A stretch of DNA of 17,685 nucleotides from Candidatus Rokuibacteriota bacterium (GCA_016184305.1 JACPCX010000038.1:1-17685); one strand, 5' to 3'. Positions 1 to 8,708 are shown, counted from the first letter of the stretch. The notes: a model not told the origin generated them from the letters alone. Numbers and translations are program-made.

Positions 1-741
1 GTGGCACATCACGCCGCAGTACCCGCCGCGCACCAAAGTGTCGTCGATCTTGGTCGGCGCCTTTCCTGCGAGCCGCGTCGCTTCGTCGAGCCAGACATTG
101 GCCAGCTTGAGCAGATCCGCCGAGTAGAAGACGTTGTGGATGCCCTTGGCGAAGGTCACGAACCGCATGTTGAAGGCCGCGTCGTCCACGAGCTTGGCGG
201 CGCGGGCGTGCTTCGCGCTCTTCTGGTCGGCGGCCGCCAGCGCGGCCTGCGCATCCGAGAGCTTGGGCACGAGGATGTCGCGCATCCTGGCGAGGGTTCG
301 CGTCCACTGGTCGAGCATCCCCCGGTACTTCTCCCCGTGGCAGGTGATGCAAGCCTGCTCGCTCGGCCTGAAGGTTTGGCCGACGATCTTCGCGAGCCCG
401 GCCGTCTCCTTCGGCGCCACGTGGCACGCGATGCACTCCACGCGCACCTGGAACATGTGGCTGGGGATCATCGGGGTGCCCCGCCCGCCGAGCCCCAGGT
501 ACATCCGCACGACGCCCTGGTGCTCGTCCTCGTGACAGCCCCGGCAGTCGAGCTCGCCCTGCCGATGCGGCGGCGCCGGGGCCTCTTCGGGCTTGCCGCC
601 GGCGGGTGGCAGCCGGTGAAGCTGCCCGGGCATCACCCCGCCCGGCGCTGGCGCCGTCTGGCCCTGCGCCTCCCACACCCCGGACACTCCCCCCGCGCTC
701 AAGCCGAGCATGGCCGCGACCAGAACCGCCGCGGGCCTCAT
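1..741 (-). CDS. Periplasmic multiheme c-type cytochrome (3' end truncated by window edge; absent from ORF track)
   Basis: Manual translation from ATG 741 (ATGA overlap with upstream stop): MRPAAVLVAAMLGLSAGG signal-like N-terminus, CRGCH, CIACH, CITCH, a helical region with KGIHN, then CGVMCH at the edge. Frame is open to base 1. Confidence 0.88.
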   Translation of the reverse strand, partial: MRPAAVLVAAMLGLSAGGVSGVWEAQGQTAPAPGGVMPGQLHRLPPAGGKPEEAPAPPHRQGELDCRGCHEDEHQGVVRMYLGLGGRGTPMIPSHMFQVRVECIACHVAPKETAGLAKIVGQTFRPSEQACITCHGEKYRGMLDQWTRTLARMRDILVPKLSDAQAALAAADQKSAKHARAAKLVDDAAFNMRFVTFAKGIHNVFYSADLLKLANVWLDEATRLAGKAPTKIDDTLVRGGYCGVMCH

Positions 742-1667
742 GGCTTCACCAGTGCGGCGAGCCGCGCGACGTCGCCACTCCGCGCGGCCGACGGCACGCC
801 GATGCGCGGCGGCAGCTTGTGCTTGATCTCGGTGTGGCAGCGCTCGCACTCGATGTTGCGCTTGGCCACGTGGAAGTCGTGGATCATCGGGGTGTCGGGG
901 TAGCGGTCGAGCTTCTCCGGTTGGTTGTGGCAGGTGTAGCAGCGCGAGCGGGGCGCCTCCCCGTCCCCCTCGACGACGTTCAAATGGCAGCTCTGGCAGG
1001 CGATGCCGCGCCTCGTGACCTCCTCGTGGTTGAAGGTGATGGAGCCGACCCGGATGTCCCCCTTCGGGGCCTGGTGGCAGCCTGTGCAGCCGGCGATGGG
1101 CTGGAACGTCCGGGCGGTCTTCAGCCCCTTGAAGTGGCAGAGGAAGCAGGAGGAGTCCGTCACCTCGATGTGGCTGCCCACCACGATCTGCGAGTGGCAG
1201 GAGGTGCACCGGAGCTGCCGGCCCCGGCGCTCTTCCTCGAGGTGCGGCTTGTGATCGAAGATGATCCCGCGCTTGTAGACCACCTTGCCGTCCAGCAGCC
1301 GCCGGTCATGGCAGCCCGAGCGGAGGCAGGCGGCGTCCTCGATCTCGGCGTAGGGCTTCGACGAGTACGTCTGCGTGGCCCACTTCACCACCTGGGCCAT
1401 CGCCTGGTACTTGACCCAGAGGGTCTCGCGGAAGCCGGGCGGGTAATGGCACAGCACGCAGGTGACGTCCTTGTGCTTGGAGGTCTTCCAGGCGTCGACA
1501 TACGGCTTCATGATGTGGCAGCTATTGCAGAGGAGCGGGCTGGTGCTGAAATGCCAGAGCCCGGCCCCGCCGGCCCCGCCGGCCACCACCACGATCCCGG
1601 CGATGATGAGGATGGCAATGAGGCGGCGCCGGCGCCTCCCAGGCGCGGGCTCGGGCATGGACGTCAC
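738..1667 (-). CDS. Membrane-anchored multiheme cytochrome c with NapC/NirT-like N-terminus (8 CXXCH + 1 CX4CH)
   Basis: RRRRR followed by a TM helix; CNSCH, CVLCH, CLRSGCH, CTSCH, CFLCH, CTGCH, CQSCH, CYTCH, CERCH. Start is GTG 1667 or ATG 1658. Confidence 0.9.
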   Translation of the reverse strand: MTSMPEPAPGRRRRRLIAILIIAGIVVVAGGAGGAGLWHFSTSPLLCNSCHIMKPYVDAWKTSKHKDVTCVLCHYPPGFRETLWVKYQAMAQVVKWATQTYSSKPYAEIEDAACLRSGCHDRRLLDGKVVYKRGIIFDHKPHLEEERRGRQLRCTSCHSQIVVGSHIEVTDSSCFLCHFKGLKTARTFQPIAGCTGCHQAPKGDIRVGSITFNHEEVTRRGIACQSCHLNVVEGDGEAPRSRCYTCHNQPEKLDRYPDTPMIHDFHVAKRNIECERCHTEIKHKLPPRIGVPSAARSGDVARLAALVKP

Positions 1668-1719
1668 CGGGCGGGCCCCATCGTCACCGGACGGGGGGAA
1701 ACCTGCGCTCTCTTCGTCT

Positions 1720-1906
1720 CGCCTGAACGTGGAAGATCTCGGGTTGCGGTTCGGCCTCTTCGCCCTGACGGGCTCATCGGGACGCCTGAATGTGGATGAT
1801 TCCCGGTTGCGGTTTGGCCTCTTCGCCCTGACGGGCTCATCGGGACGCCTGAATGTGGATGATTCCCGGTTGCGGTTTGGCCTCTTCGCCCTGACGGGCT
1901 CATCGG
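1720..1906. repeat. Tandem repeat, about 3 copies of a 63-bp unit
   Basis: Unit cgcctgaatgtggatgattcccggttgcggtttggcctcttcgccctgacgggctcatcggga starts at 1720, 1783 and 1846. Copies 2 and 3 are identical over about 61 bp; copy 1 is diverged. Confidence 0.95.
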
Positions 1907-2721
1907 AGGAGTGCCGTCGCGATGATCAGGGAGGCGAGGACGAGGCCGATGCTCAGCGCGGTGAATCCCACCACTCGCGCGAAGTTGCGCATCCAGAGCG
2001 GCGGTGGGTCCGCCCTCCGCTCATCCAGCCGACCCTCGCGCTTCAGGCGCTCGTACTCCATCGGATGATCGTGCCGGAACTCCTCCTCTGACATCCTCCC
2101 CGTGAAGATCACCGGGTCCATCGGGAACTTCTCGGGCCGGATATGCGTGTTGAAGAAGTGGATCGTGAAGATGAAGCCCACCGCCAGGAGCGCCTCGTCG
2201 CTGTGGACGATGATCGCCACGTTGAACACCCATCCGGGCAGAAAGCGGGCGAAGAATGTCGGGTACCACAGGAGGAGCCCGCTGCTCCCGATGATCGCGA
2301 TGCCCCAGAACACTGCCCAGTAGTCGAACTTCTCCCAGTAGGCCCAGCGGTCGAAGCGCGGCCGCGGCCCCAGCCCCACGAAGTAGCGCATGTGCTGCAC
2401 CATCTGCGCGAGATCCCGCGGCTGCGGCACCATGGAGGTCGGGCCCCAGAAGATGCCGGGCTGCCGTGTGAGGATCAGGCGGGCCACGTAGCCGAGGTGC
2501 AAGGCGAAGTAGAGGAAGGTGATGACGGCGAAGAAGCGGTGGAGGTAGCCGGTGGTGAACGGCCCCCCGAGGGCGTGGGACAGCCCCTGGCCCCAGCCGG
2601 TCTGCGCGTACTTGAGCGGCAGGCCGGTGAGGGCGAGCCCGAGGAAGCTCACCATGACCATCCCATGCAGGATGCGGTGGTAGAGGTTGAGCCTGAAGTA
2701 GTGACGCTCGGGGGCGGTCAT
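1900..2721 (-). CDS. b-type cytochrome membrane subunit (FdnI/HydC-like; resembles the CbcL C-terminal domain)
   Basis: True start ATG 2721 (MTAPERHYFRLNLYHRILH), overlapping the upstream TGA. Several TM helices, His ligand candidates (HRILH, YLHR, ALH, IVHSDEA, TIHFFNTH) and WEKFDYWAVFWG motif. Confidence 0.9.
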   Translation of the reverse strand: MTAPERHYFRLNLYHRILHGMVMVSFLGLALTGLPLKYAQTGWGQGLSHALGGPFTTGYLHRFFAVITFLYFALHLGYVARLILTRQPGIFWGPTSMVPQPRDLAQMVQHMRYFVGLGPRPRFDRWAYWEKFDYWAVFWGIAIIGSSGLLLWYPTFFARFLPGWVFNVAIIVHSDEALLAVGFIFTIHFFNTHIRPEKFPMDPVIFTGRMSEEEFRHDHPMEYERLKREGRLDERRADPPPLWMRNFARVVGFTALSIGLVLASLIIATALLR

Positions 2722-4181
2722 GGCTCGGGGGTCCTCTCGGCCGGCCCGCGGCCGCGCCGGAATCGCTCGGCCAGGGACCGCGGCAGCCAGAGCGCCGTGT
2801 GCAGCCCGAAGAAGGCGAAGGTGCCCAGCAGGAGGCTCATCATGACGAAGTTCGTGTAGTAGAGGAACGGGAACCGGGCCTTGCTGTGCGGGTCGGCGTG
2901 CGGGTGGAACTGGGCGAAGGCCGCCGTGGCCGCCGGATGGCATTGCTGGCACGTGGACACGATGCTCGCCTGCGACACCTTCGAGCGCGGGTCGGAGGGC
3001 GGCTGGATGGTGTGCGATCCGTGGCAGTCCGAGCACTTGGCGACCCGGGTGAGCCCGAGCTGCGTTACCTTGCCGTGGAAGGTATCCCGGTAGGTCCTGA
3101 GCGACTCCTTGTGACAGGTGCCGCATTCCCGGATGACGTCGAGCTGCCACGGGGCCCCCTCGACCCGCCGGATCTGGTGAGCGCTGTGACAGTCGGTGCA
3201 GACCGGCGCCCCGCTGTCCCCCCTGGCGGCCGCCTTGCCGTGGATGGACTCCGCGTATTCCTTCTCCACTCCCGCGTGGCACGTCGCGCACGTCTTCGGG
3301 ATATTGGTGCGGTAGACGCGTGAGCCGGCGTCGGTGCGCGCCCGGATCTCGTGGGTCCCGTGGCAGTCCGAGCAGTTGGCCGCGACCAGCAACCCGCTCC
3401 GCGTCACGGCCCGGCCGTGGATCGAGTCCATGTATTGCTGATAGACGGCCCCGACCTGGATCCCGTGGCGCTTGGCCAGCTCGGGATCGGCGTGGCACTG
3501 GGCGCAGGTCCGCGGCAGGTTCAGGTGGTACACGGGCGACTCCGGGTCCGACCTGGCAACCACCGTGTGGGTCGCGCCGTGGCACGAATTGCACGTGGCC
3601 GCCTCGAGGTCCCCCCGCTGGCGCGATCGGCCGTGAACGCTCTCCCGGTAGAGGCTCACCTGCTTCTGGTGGCAGGCCGCGCAGGTCTGGGTGGACAGCG
3701 AGCCCGCCGGCTTGACATCGTGGGTCCCGTGGCAGGCCGCGCAGGTTGGCGGACGGCTCCCCGTCTCCGCCCTTCGGCTCCCGTGGATGCCCCCTCCCAG
3801 CACCGCGCGCTGCTTGTCGTGGCACCCGGCGCAGGACACGGCGGGCAGCCGCTCGTCGTGGGGCGCGGTCGCCGTCTTGTGGCAGGCCACGCACTCGAGC
3901 CGCGAGTGGGCAGACCCCTTCAGGAGCGCCTCGTCCACGAACAGCGACGGCGGCTTGCCCTTCGCGGGCGCACCACGGGTGAGGCCCTTGTCGGCGTGGC
4001 AACCCAGGCAGTCCTCGGCCTTCGGTTGTGCCTGCTCTGCCTTCGCCGCTGCCGGGGCTGCGGGGGCCCCGGCAGCGCTCGCGACGATGAGGAGCGCGCC
4101 GAAACTCAGGACGGCGCCCGAAAGGAGTTCCGCGCTACTTCTTCGTATGGCACTTCTCGCAGTTGGCCTTGTCTTCCACAT
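2718..4181 (-). CDS. 13-heme cytochrome c with C-terminal TM anchor (resembles the CbcL periplasmic domain)
   Basis: 13 CXXCH motifs counted, signal-like N-terminus, C-terminal HPHADP...FLYYTNFVMMSLLLGTFAFFGLHTALW. Start is uncertain: the only in-frame ATG/GTG/TTG before the signal is ATG 4181, inside the upstream gene. Confidence 0.88.
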   Translation of the reverse strand: MWKTRPTARSAIRRSSAELLSGAVLSFGALLIVASAAGAPAAPAAAKAEQAQPKAEDCLGCHADKGLTRGAPAKGKPPSLFVDEALLKGSAHSRLECVACHKTATAPHDERLPAVSCAGCHDKQRAVLGGGIHGSRRAETGSRPPTCAACHGTHDVKPAGSLSTQTCAACHQKQVSLYRESVHGRSRQRGDLEAATCNSCHGATHTVVARSDPESPVYHLNLPRTCAQCHADPELAKRHGIQVGAVYQQYMDSIHGRAVTRSGLLVAANCSDCHGTHEIRARTDAGSRVYRTNIPKTCATCHAGVEKEYAESIHGKAAARGDSGAPVCTDCHSAHQIRRVEGAPWQLDVIRECGTCHKESLRTYRDTFHGKVTQLGLTRVAKCSDCHGSHTIQPPSDPRSKVSQASIVSTCQQCHPAATAAFAQFHPHADPHSKARFPFLYYTNFVMMSLLLGTFAFFGLHTALWLPRSLAERFRRGRGPAERTPEP

Positions 4182-4506
4182 TGAAGACGACCGCGCTGCC
4201 CACCTTCGTCTTGCCGTTGTGGCAGGCGCCGCATTGCTCCCCGGCCTTCATCTTGTCCATGGTCGCCGTGCCCGTCTGCCCCTTCTTCATCTTGAAGATC
4301 TTGGTGTGGCAGCCCGTGCACTTCTCGACCTTCTCCTTGTGCTTCTCGTGGCTGAACGTCACCTTCCCGGGGCTGTCCTTGCCCTGGTCGAAGCCGAAGT
4401 CGGCCGGTACCTTGGGCTGCGCGAGGCCGGGTCCAGCGCCGAGTGATACCAAGGCGAAACCGGCGACGACCACGACAGCCACGATCCGTGTGAGCCGCAT
4501 GTCCAT
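4135..4506 (-). CDS. Triheme c7-type periplasmic cytochrome (GSU1996-domain-like)
   Basis: Signal peptide; VTFSHEKH, CTGCH, TMDKMKAGEQCGACHNG, CEKCH; RBS AAAGGAGG before the ATG. Confidence 0.9.
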   Translation of the reverse strand: MDMRLTRIVAVVVVAGFALVSLGAGPGLAQPKVPADFGFDQGKDSPGKVTFSHEKHKEKVEKCTGCHTKIFKMKKGQTGTATMDKMKAGEQCGACHNGKTKVGSAVVFNVEDKANCEKCHTKK

Positions 4507-4533
4507 GCCTCCTTTGCTCCCCGTTTTCCGGGG

Positions 4534-4653
4534 TTACCGCGGTGTACTCCTCAGAAATGAGATGAGGTTGCCCAGCTCCTCGCCCGCGAAGCGCGGAAAG
4601 AGCAACCCGTGCTCGGCCGCCTTGGCGGCCATGCGGGGCGAGTGGGTCCACAT
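4534..4653 (-). pseudogene. C-terminal remnant of a WNH-repeat class I cytochrome c gene
   Basis: MWTHSPRMAAKAAEHGLLFPRFAGEELGNLISFLRSTPR* aligns by eye with MWNHLPKMTDRMQQLGIPRPKLDSREAGDLIGFLY in 7485-8681, but has no CXXCH or signal peptide. Confidence 0.75.
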
Positions 4654-4656
4654 CTC

Positions 4657-5754
4657 TCATTTGGTCGCGCTCGCCGTGTACCCGAGGTAGGTCAGCACGA
4701 TCATGTAGAGGATGACAGCGACGCCGATCCATGTGAAGAGCCGGCTGGCTTCGCCCCTCGCCGTCCGCCGATCGAGAAACGGGATGAGCGCGAGGAACAG
4801 CCCGCCGACCCCGAAGCCCACGATGCCCACGATCTCGCCCTCGATGCCGAGGACGTAGGCCGGCAGGTACTTGAGGGTCTGGAACATGAACATGAAGTAC
4901 CACTCCGGCTTGATCCCGGCCGGCGCCGGCAGGAACGGGTCCGCCTTCTTGCCAAGCTCTGCCGGAAGGTACGCGGCCAGCGCCGCCAGGATCGCCAGCA
5001 CCGAGAGCCACCCCACCAGGTCTCTCAGGAGGAAATTGGGGAGGAATGGCATCGTGCGCCGGGACCCGCCCCGCTCCGCGACGCCGGGAGGCACGCTCAT
5101 GCCGTGTCGCTGGACGAGAAAGAGGTGGAGCCCCAGGAACAGGGTCGTGAGCGCGGGGAGCACCGCCACGTGGATCCCGTAGAAGCGGGTGAGCGTGGCC
5201 CCGGTCACCTCGTCCCCGCCCCGGAGGAGGCGGCCGAGGAATCCTCCGATCACCGGCATGGCCCCCGTGATCTCGGTCCCCACCTTCGTGGCGAAGTACG
5301 CCAGCTCGTTCCACGGCAGGAGATAGCCGGTGAAGCCGAAGCCCATCGCGAGGCCCATCAGCCCCATCCCCGAGAACCAGGTGATCTCCCGCGGGGGCGC
5401 GTAGGCCTTGAGGAGCAGGACGCTGAAGAGGTGGACGAACAGCGTGAAGATCATGAGGTTGGCCGCCCAGGCATGGATGGAGCGGATGAGCCAGCCAAAC
5501 TCCACCTCGGCCATCAGGAACTGAATCGACTCGAATGCCTCCTCGGCACTGGGCCTGTAGTAGAAGAGGAGGAGGATGCCCGTCGACACCTGGATCATGA
5601 ACAGGAAGAGCGTCATCCCCCCGAGGTAGTACCAGGCCGTGTGGCGGTGGACGGGGATCTCCTTCTTCCTGGCGAGCTTCTCCAGCTCCGCAAGACCGAC
5701 GCGCCTGTCGAGCCACGTCCAGAGCCGGCCGTGCCGCTTCTCGACCGTGGCCAT
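4657..5754 (-). CDS. petB: Cytochrome b of a Rieske/cytochrome b (bc-type) complex, b6+subunit IV fused form
   Basis: Start ATG 5754 (MATVEKRHG); [16 protein letters not shown]...[19 protein letters not shown]...LH and IKPEWYF Qo motif. Confidence 0.93.
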   Translation of the reverse strand: MATVEKRHGRLWTWLDRRVGLAELEKLARKKEIPVHRHTAWYYLGGMTLFLFMIQVSTGILLLFYYRPSAEEAFESIQFLMAEVEFGWLIRSIHAWAANLMIFTLFVHLFSVLLLKAYAPPREITWFSGMGLMGLAMGFGFTGYLLPWNELAYFATKVGTEITGAMPVIGGFLGRLLRGGDEVTGATLTRFYGIHVAVLPALTTLFLGLHLFLVQRHGMSVPPGVAERGGSRRTMPFLPNFLLRDLVGWLSVLAILAALAAYLPAELGKKADPFLPAPAGIKPEWYFMFMFQTLKYLPAYVLGIEGEIVGIVGFGVGGLFLALIPFLDRRTARGEASRLFTWIGVAVILYMIVLTYLGYTASATK

Positions 5755-5756
5755 GC

Positions 5757-6212
5757 TCAGGCGCCCTTGCTCACCACGATCTGGTTCCCGCGGGCGTTGG
5801 CGACGTAGGCGTCGAGCGGCCGCGGCGGCGGTCCCTCGATGTTCTTGCCGTTGAGATCGTAGTGGCCGTTGTGGCAGGCGCACCAGATGTGGCTGATGTC
5901 GGACCGGTACTGGACGGTGCAGCTGAGATGCGTGCACACGGCCGAGAAGGCCTTGAGCTCCCCCTGGGCTGTCCGCACGAGAATGCCCGGGCGGCTGCCG
6001 AACTTGAAGATCTGCCCGGTGTTCGGCTTCACGTCGTCGGGCTTGATCGCCAGCGTCACCGTTCCCGCGGTGGACTCCCCGACTTCGGGCGGGATCAGAT
6101 AGCGGCCCACCGGGTAGAGCACGGAAAGCAGGAACGCCCCCGCGCTCGTGCCCAGAAACCAGTTGATGAACCGCCTGCGGGTTGCCTCCTGGTCCACCGC
6201 CTCGTCAGCCAT
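5757..6212 (-). CDS. Rieske 2Fe-2S protein of bc-type complex
   Basis: Tat-like TRRRFINWF plus TM helix; CTHLSC and CACHNGHY boxes; GPPPRPL; RBS GGAGG. Confidence 0.93.
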   Translation of the reverse strand: MADEAVDQEATRRRFINWFLGTSAGAFLLSVLYPVGRYLIPPEVGESTAGTVTLAIKPDDVKPNTGQIFKFGSRPGILVRTAQGELKAFSAVCTHLSCTVQYRSDISHIWCACHNGHYDLNGKNIEGPPPRPLDAYVANARGNQIVVSKGA

Positions 6213-7476
6213 CGCGTCCCTCCTGCCTCCGGTCCACTTGGCGCATCTTGAGCACGAGCCCCACGATGAGCGCCAGTATGATCACCACGGACACCACCAG
6301 CCACTTGCGACGGAAGGCCAGCTCCTGCAGGGCGCGCACGCCGCGCGCGAAGGCCTTGCCGCTCACCGCGAGCCCGGGCTCGACCTCCTTCGCCACCGCG
6401 TCCACCGAGAAGGCGTGGACGGCGGTGCGCGCCTTGACCAGGGCTTCGCCGGCGGCGTTCAGGTCGAACGTCGCCTGGCTGACCTCCATGCCGGCATGCT
6501 CAGCCTTGAGCAGGATCGCCTGCGCCTTGTCGTGCTCGGTTCGCAGGGCGTCGATCCGCGCCCTCATCTCGGTGGCCGCCTTGCCGCCCTTGTCGGCGTC
6601 GGCGTGGCACCCGGCGCATACCGCCTTGTCGCCGAGCCCGAGCATCTCGTCGCTGGTCGGCTTGATCGCATGGTTCTCGTGGCAGGTCGCGCAGCCGGGG
6701 TTGCCCATCTCCACGAAGACCTTGTCGTGGACGCTCTTCTTGAAGAGGTCCGCCATGACCGTGTGGCACTGGCCGCAGACGTTCCCGACCCAGGAGATGC
6801 CCGGCGGCACGGCCCCGTGATTGCCGTGACAGTCGTTGCAGGTGGGCGCCGAGAGGTCGCCCTTCACCGTCATGGCCTGCGAGTGGACGCTGCTCTTGTA
6901 CTTCTGCAGCTGGTCGGTCGGGATCTTGTAGCCGGCCATGTACTTGGCATCGGCGTGACAGCGCCCGCACGTGTCGGCCACCCTGAGCGGGTGGACGCTC
7001 GACTTCGGGTCGGACGGCGGCCGGATCGAATGGGCGGGATGGCAGCTCACGCACGTGGCCACCTTCGAATCGCCCAGCTCCTTGAGCCGGCGGCCGTGGA
7101 CAGACGAGGCGTACTCGGTCACCTGATCGACCCGCAGCGAGGGGTTGTACCGCTTCATGAACCCGGCGTCCGAGTGGCACCGGCCGCAGACTTGCGGGAT
7201 CTGCTGGCGCTTGGGCTTGCCGATATACCCCTTGGCGGGGTCCATCGCCTCCAGCCCGCTCTCCCGCGCGTCGCCGCCGTGGCACGCGATGCAGCCCAGC
7301 CCCTTCGCCGCGTGGATGTCTCCGGGAAACTCCCTCGCCGGCCCGGCCAGGCGCTCGTCACCTGTCTCGAGGTGACAGGCCGCGCAACGGTCGGTAGGCG
7401 GCGAGGCTCCCTCCGCAGGCCAAGGCGCCAGCATCAGGAGAAGTACGAGGGCATAGCCCAGTCCCGTGAGTCTCAT
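6205..7476 (-). CDS. Nonaheme cytochrome c with helical domain and C-terminal TM anchor
   Basis: True start ATG 7476 (MRLTGLGYALVLLLMLA signal; RBS GAGG); 9 CXXCH; C-terminal WLVVSVVIILALIVGLVL. Confidence 0.9.
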   Translation of the reverse strand: MRLTGLGYALVLLLMLAPWPAEGASPPTDRCAACHLETGDERLAGPAREFPGDIHAAKGLGCIACHGGDARESGLEAMDPAKGYIGKPKRQQIPQVCGRCHSDAGFMKRYNPSLRVDQVTEYASSVHGRRLKELGDSKVATCVSCHPAHSIRPPSDPKSSVHPLRVADTCGRCHADAKYMAGYKIPTDQLQKYKSSVHSQAMTVKGDLSAPTCNDCHGNHGAVPPGISWVGNVCGQCHTVMADLFKKSVHDKVFVEMGNPGCATCHENHAIKPTSDEMLGLGDKAVCAGCHADADKGGKAATEMRARIDALRTEHDKAQAILLKAEHAGMEVSQATFDLNAAGEALVKARTAVHAFSVDAVAKEVEPGLAVSGKAFARGVRALQELAFRRKWLVVSVVIILALIVGLVLKMRQVDRRQEGRDG

Positions 7477-7484
7477 GGCATCCT

Positions 7485-8681
7485 CTACGGGATCTGCCGC
7501 GCGCGCCCGAGCGCCTGAAGCAGGGCCCCGATGTCGGCCATCTCTTGCGGCCGGAACTCGGGCCATGGGCGCTTCTTTCCACCTGGCGCAGCCGCCGTCA
7601 CCGTCGCGTGGTTCCACAGGCTCGCGACCACTCCCGCGGGAGAGTCGAGCCCCCTGGCGCGCGTCAGATCGCTCGCCGGCTTGCCCCGCTCCCCGTAAAC
7701 GCCGTGGCAGAAGAGGCACCCCTTGTCCACAGCCAGCGCCCATCCGCGGCTGACGCTGCCCGGCTCCGCGAAGTACTTCACCGAGTAGAGGTAGGCCACC
7801 AGATCGGCCATCTCCTCGGGGCGGAGCTGGGGGACGGGCACGCCCCGCGCTTGCATGGCCTGCGCCATGGCCGGAACCTTGTTCCAGATAGCCGCGGCAA
7901 ACTCCAGCGGGCTCCGCCTCACACCGAGCTCCACCAGGTCCGGGCCCACGCGCCCGCCCGCGCCGCCGGCCGCGTGGCACTCGATGCAGCGCTTCTCGGA
8001 GAAGAGCTGCCGCCCCACGTCGGCACGGCCGGGGAGCACGTAGAGCGGGCCTTCGCGCGGCCCGGCAGAGGCGGGCACAAGGAAGGCCAGGAGGTCGCGC
8101 AGCTCGGCGCCGGTGAAGGTCGGCCGCTCCACTCCCTTGGCCTTCATGGTCTCCGCCATCTGGGGCCCGTGGTTCCACAGGGCCGACGCCACGAACATCG
8201 GGGAGGCGAACTGCTTCGTGAAGTCCAGGTTCGGCCCCACGACGCCGCCGATCCCCCCGACCGTGTGGCAGAGGATGCACTTCTTGTCCGAGAAGAGCTT
8301 CCTGCCGGTCTCGACGCTGCCCGGCGGGTCGAAGTAGTTCAGTGTGTACAGGAACCCGATCAGATCTCCTGCCTCCCGGCTATCCAGTTTCGGGCGGGGG
8401 ATGCCCAGCTGTTGCATCCGGTCCGTCATCTTCGGCAGGTGGTTCCACATGGCCGTCGCGAGATCGTAAAAGGACCGGGGTCGCTGGATACGCCCGAGAT
8501 CGGGGCCGATCTTTCCTCCCACCCCATTGACCGAATGGCACTTGACGCATCCCTTGCCGCCGAACACCCGTGATCCGGCCAGGGGATCCTGGCTCGGGCT
8601 GAAGACGGGCTGCGCCCAGGCCGCACCGAGAGGCACGAGCAGGAACGCGGCGACGACGGTCCACTTCACGCTGCTCCGCAT
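7485..8681 (-). CDS. Cytochrome c with four tandem class I monoheme domains (WNH repeat type)
   Basis: True start ATG 8681 (MRSSVKWTVVAAFLLVPLGAAWA signal); CVKCH, CILCH, CIECH, CLFCH, each followed by a GPDL-like and a WN(H/K) motif. Confidence 0.9.
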   Translation of the reverse strand: MRSSVKWTVVAAFLLVPLGAAWAQPVFSPSQDPLAGSRVFGGKGCVKCHSVNGVGGKIGPDLGRIQRPRSFYDLATAMWNHLPKMTDRMQQLGIPRPKLDSREAGDLIGFLYTLNYFDPPGSVETGRKLFSDKKCILCHTVGGIGGVVGPNLDFTKQFASPMFVASALWNHGPQMAETMKAKGVERPTFTGAELRDLLAFLVPASAGPREGPLYVLPGRADVGRQLFSEKRCIECHAAGGAGGRVGPDLVELGVRRSPLEFAAAIWNKVPAMAQAMQARGVPVPQLRPEEMADLVAYLYSVKYFAEPGSVSRGWALAVDKGCLFCHGVYGERGKPASDLTRARGLDSPAGVVASLWNHATVTAAAPGGKKRPWPEFRPQEMADIGALLQALGRARQIP

Positions 8682-8708
8682 GGGCAACCCCTTCCGCCGG
8701 GTGACCGG

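Noticed and set aside
1820..1843. Hammerhead ribozyme in the repeat (minus strand CCGAUGA-GCCC-GUCA-GGGC-GAAG)
   Set aside because: It resembles the CUGAnGA-stem II-GAAA core but has two core mismatches, and I could not form stems I and III with an NUH site. An Infernal search or cleavage assay would be needed to revive it.
1720..1906. CRISPR array
   Set aside because: The units are contiguous 63-bp repeats with no unique spacers, and no cas genes are present.
4657..4659. Second selenocysteine/read-through at the cytochrome b TGA (in frame with the downstream remnant)
   Set aside because: The TGA follows the normal last TM helix, is not at a Cys-type position, and the downstream peptide is a partial domain; deletion explains it better.
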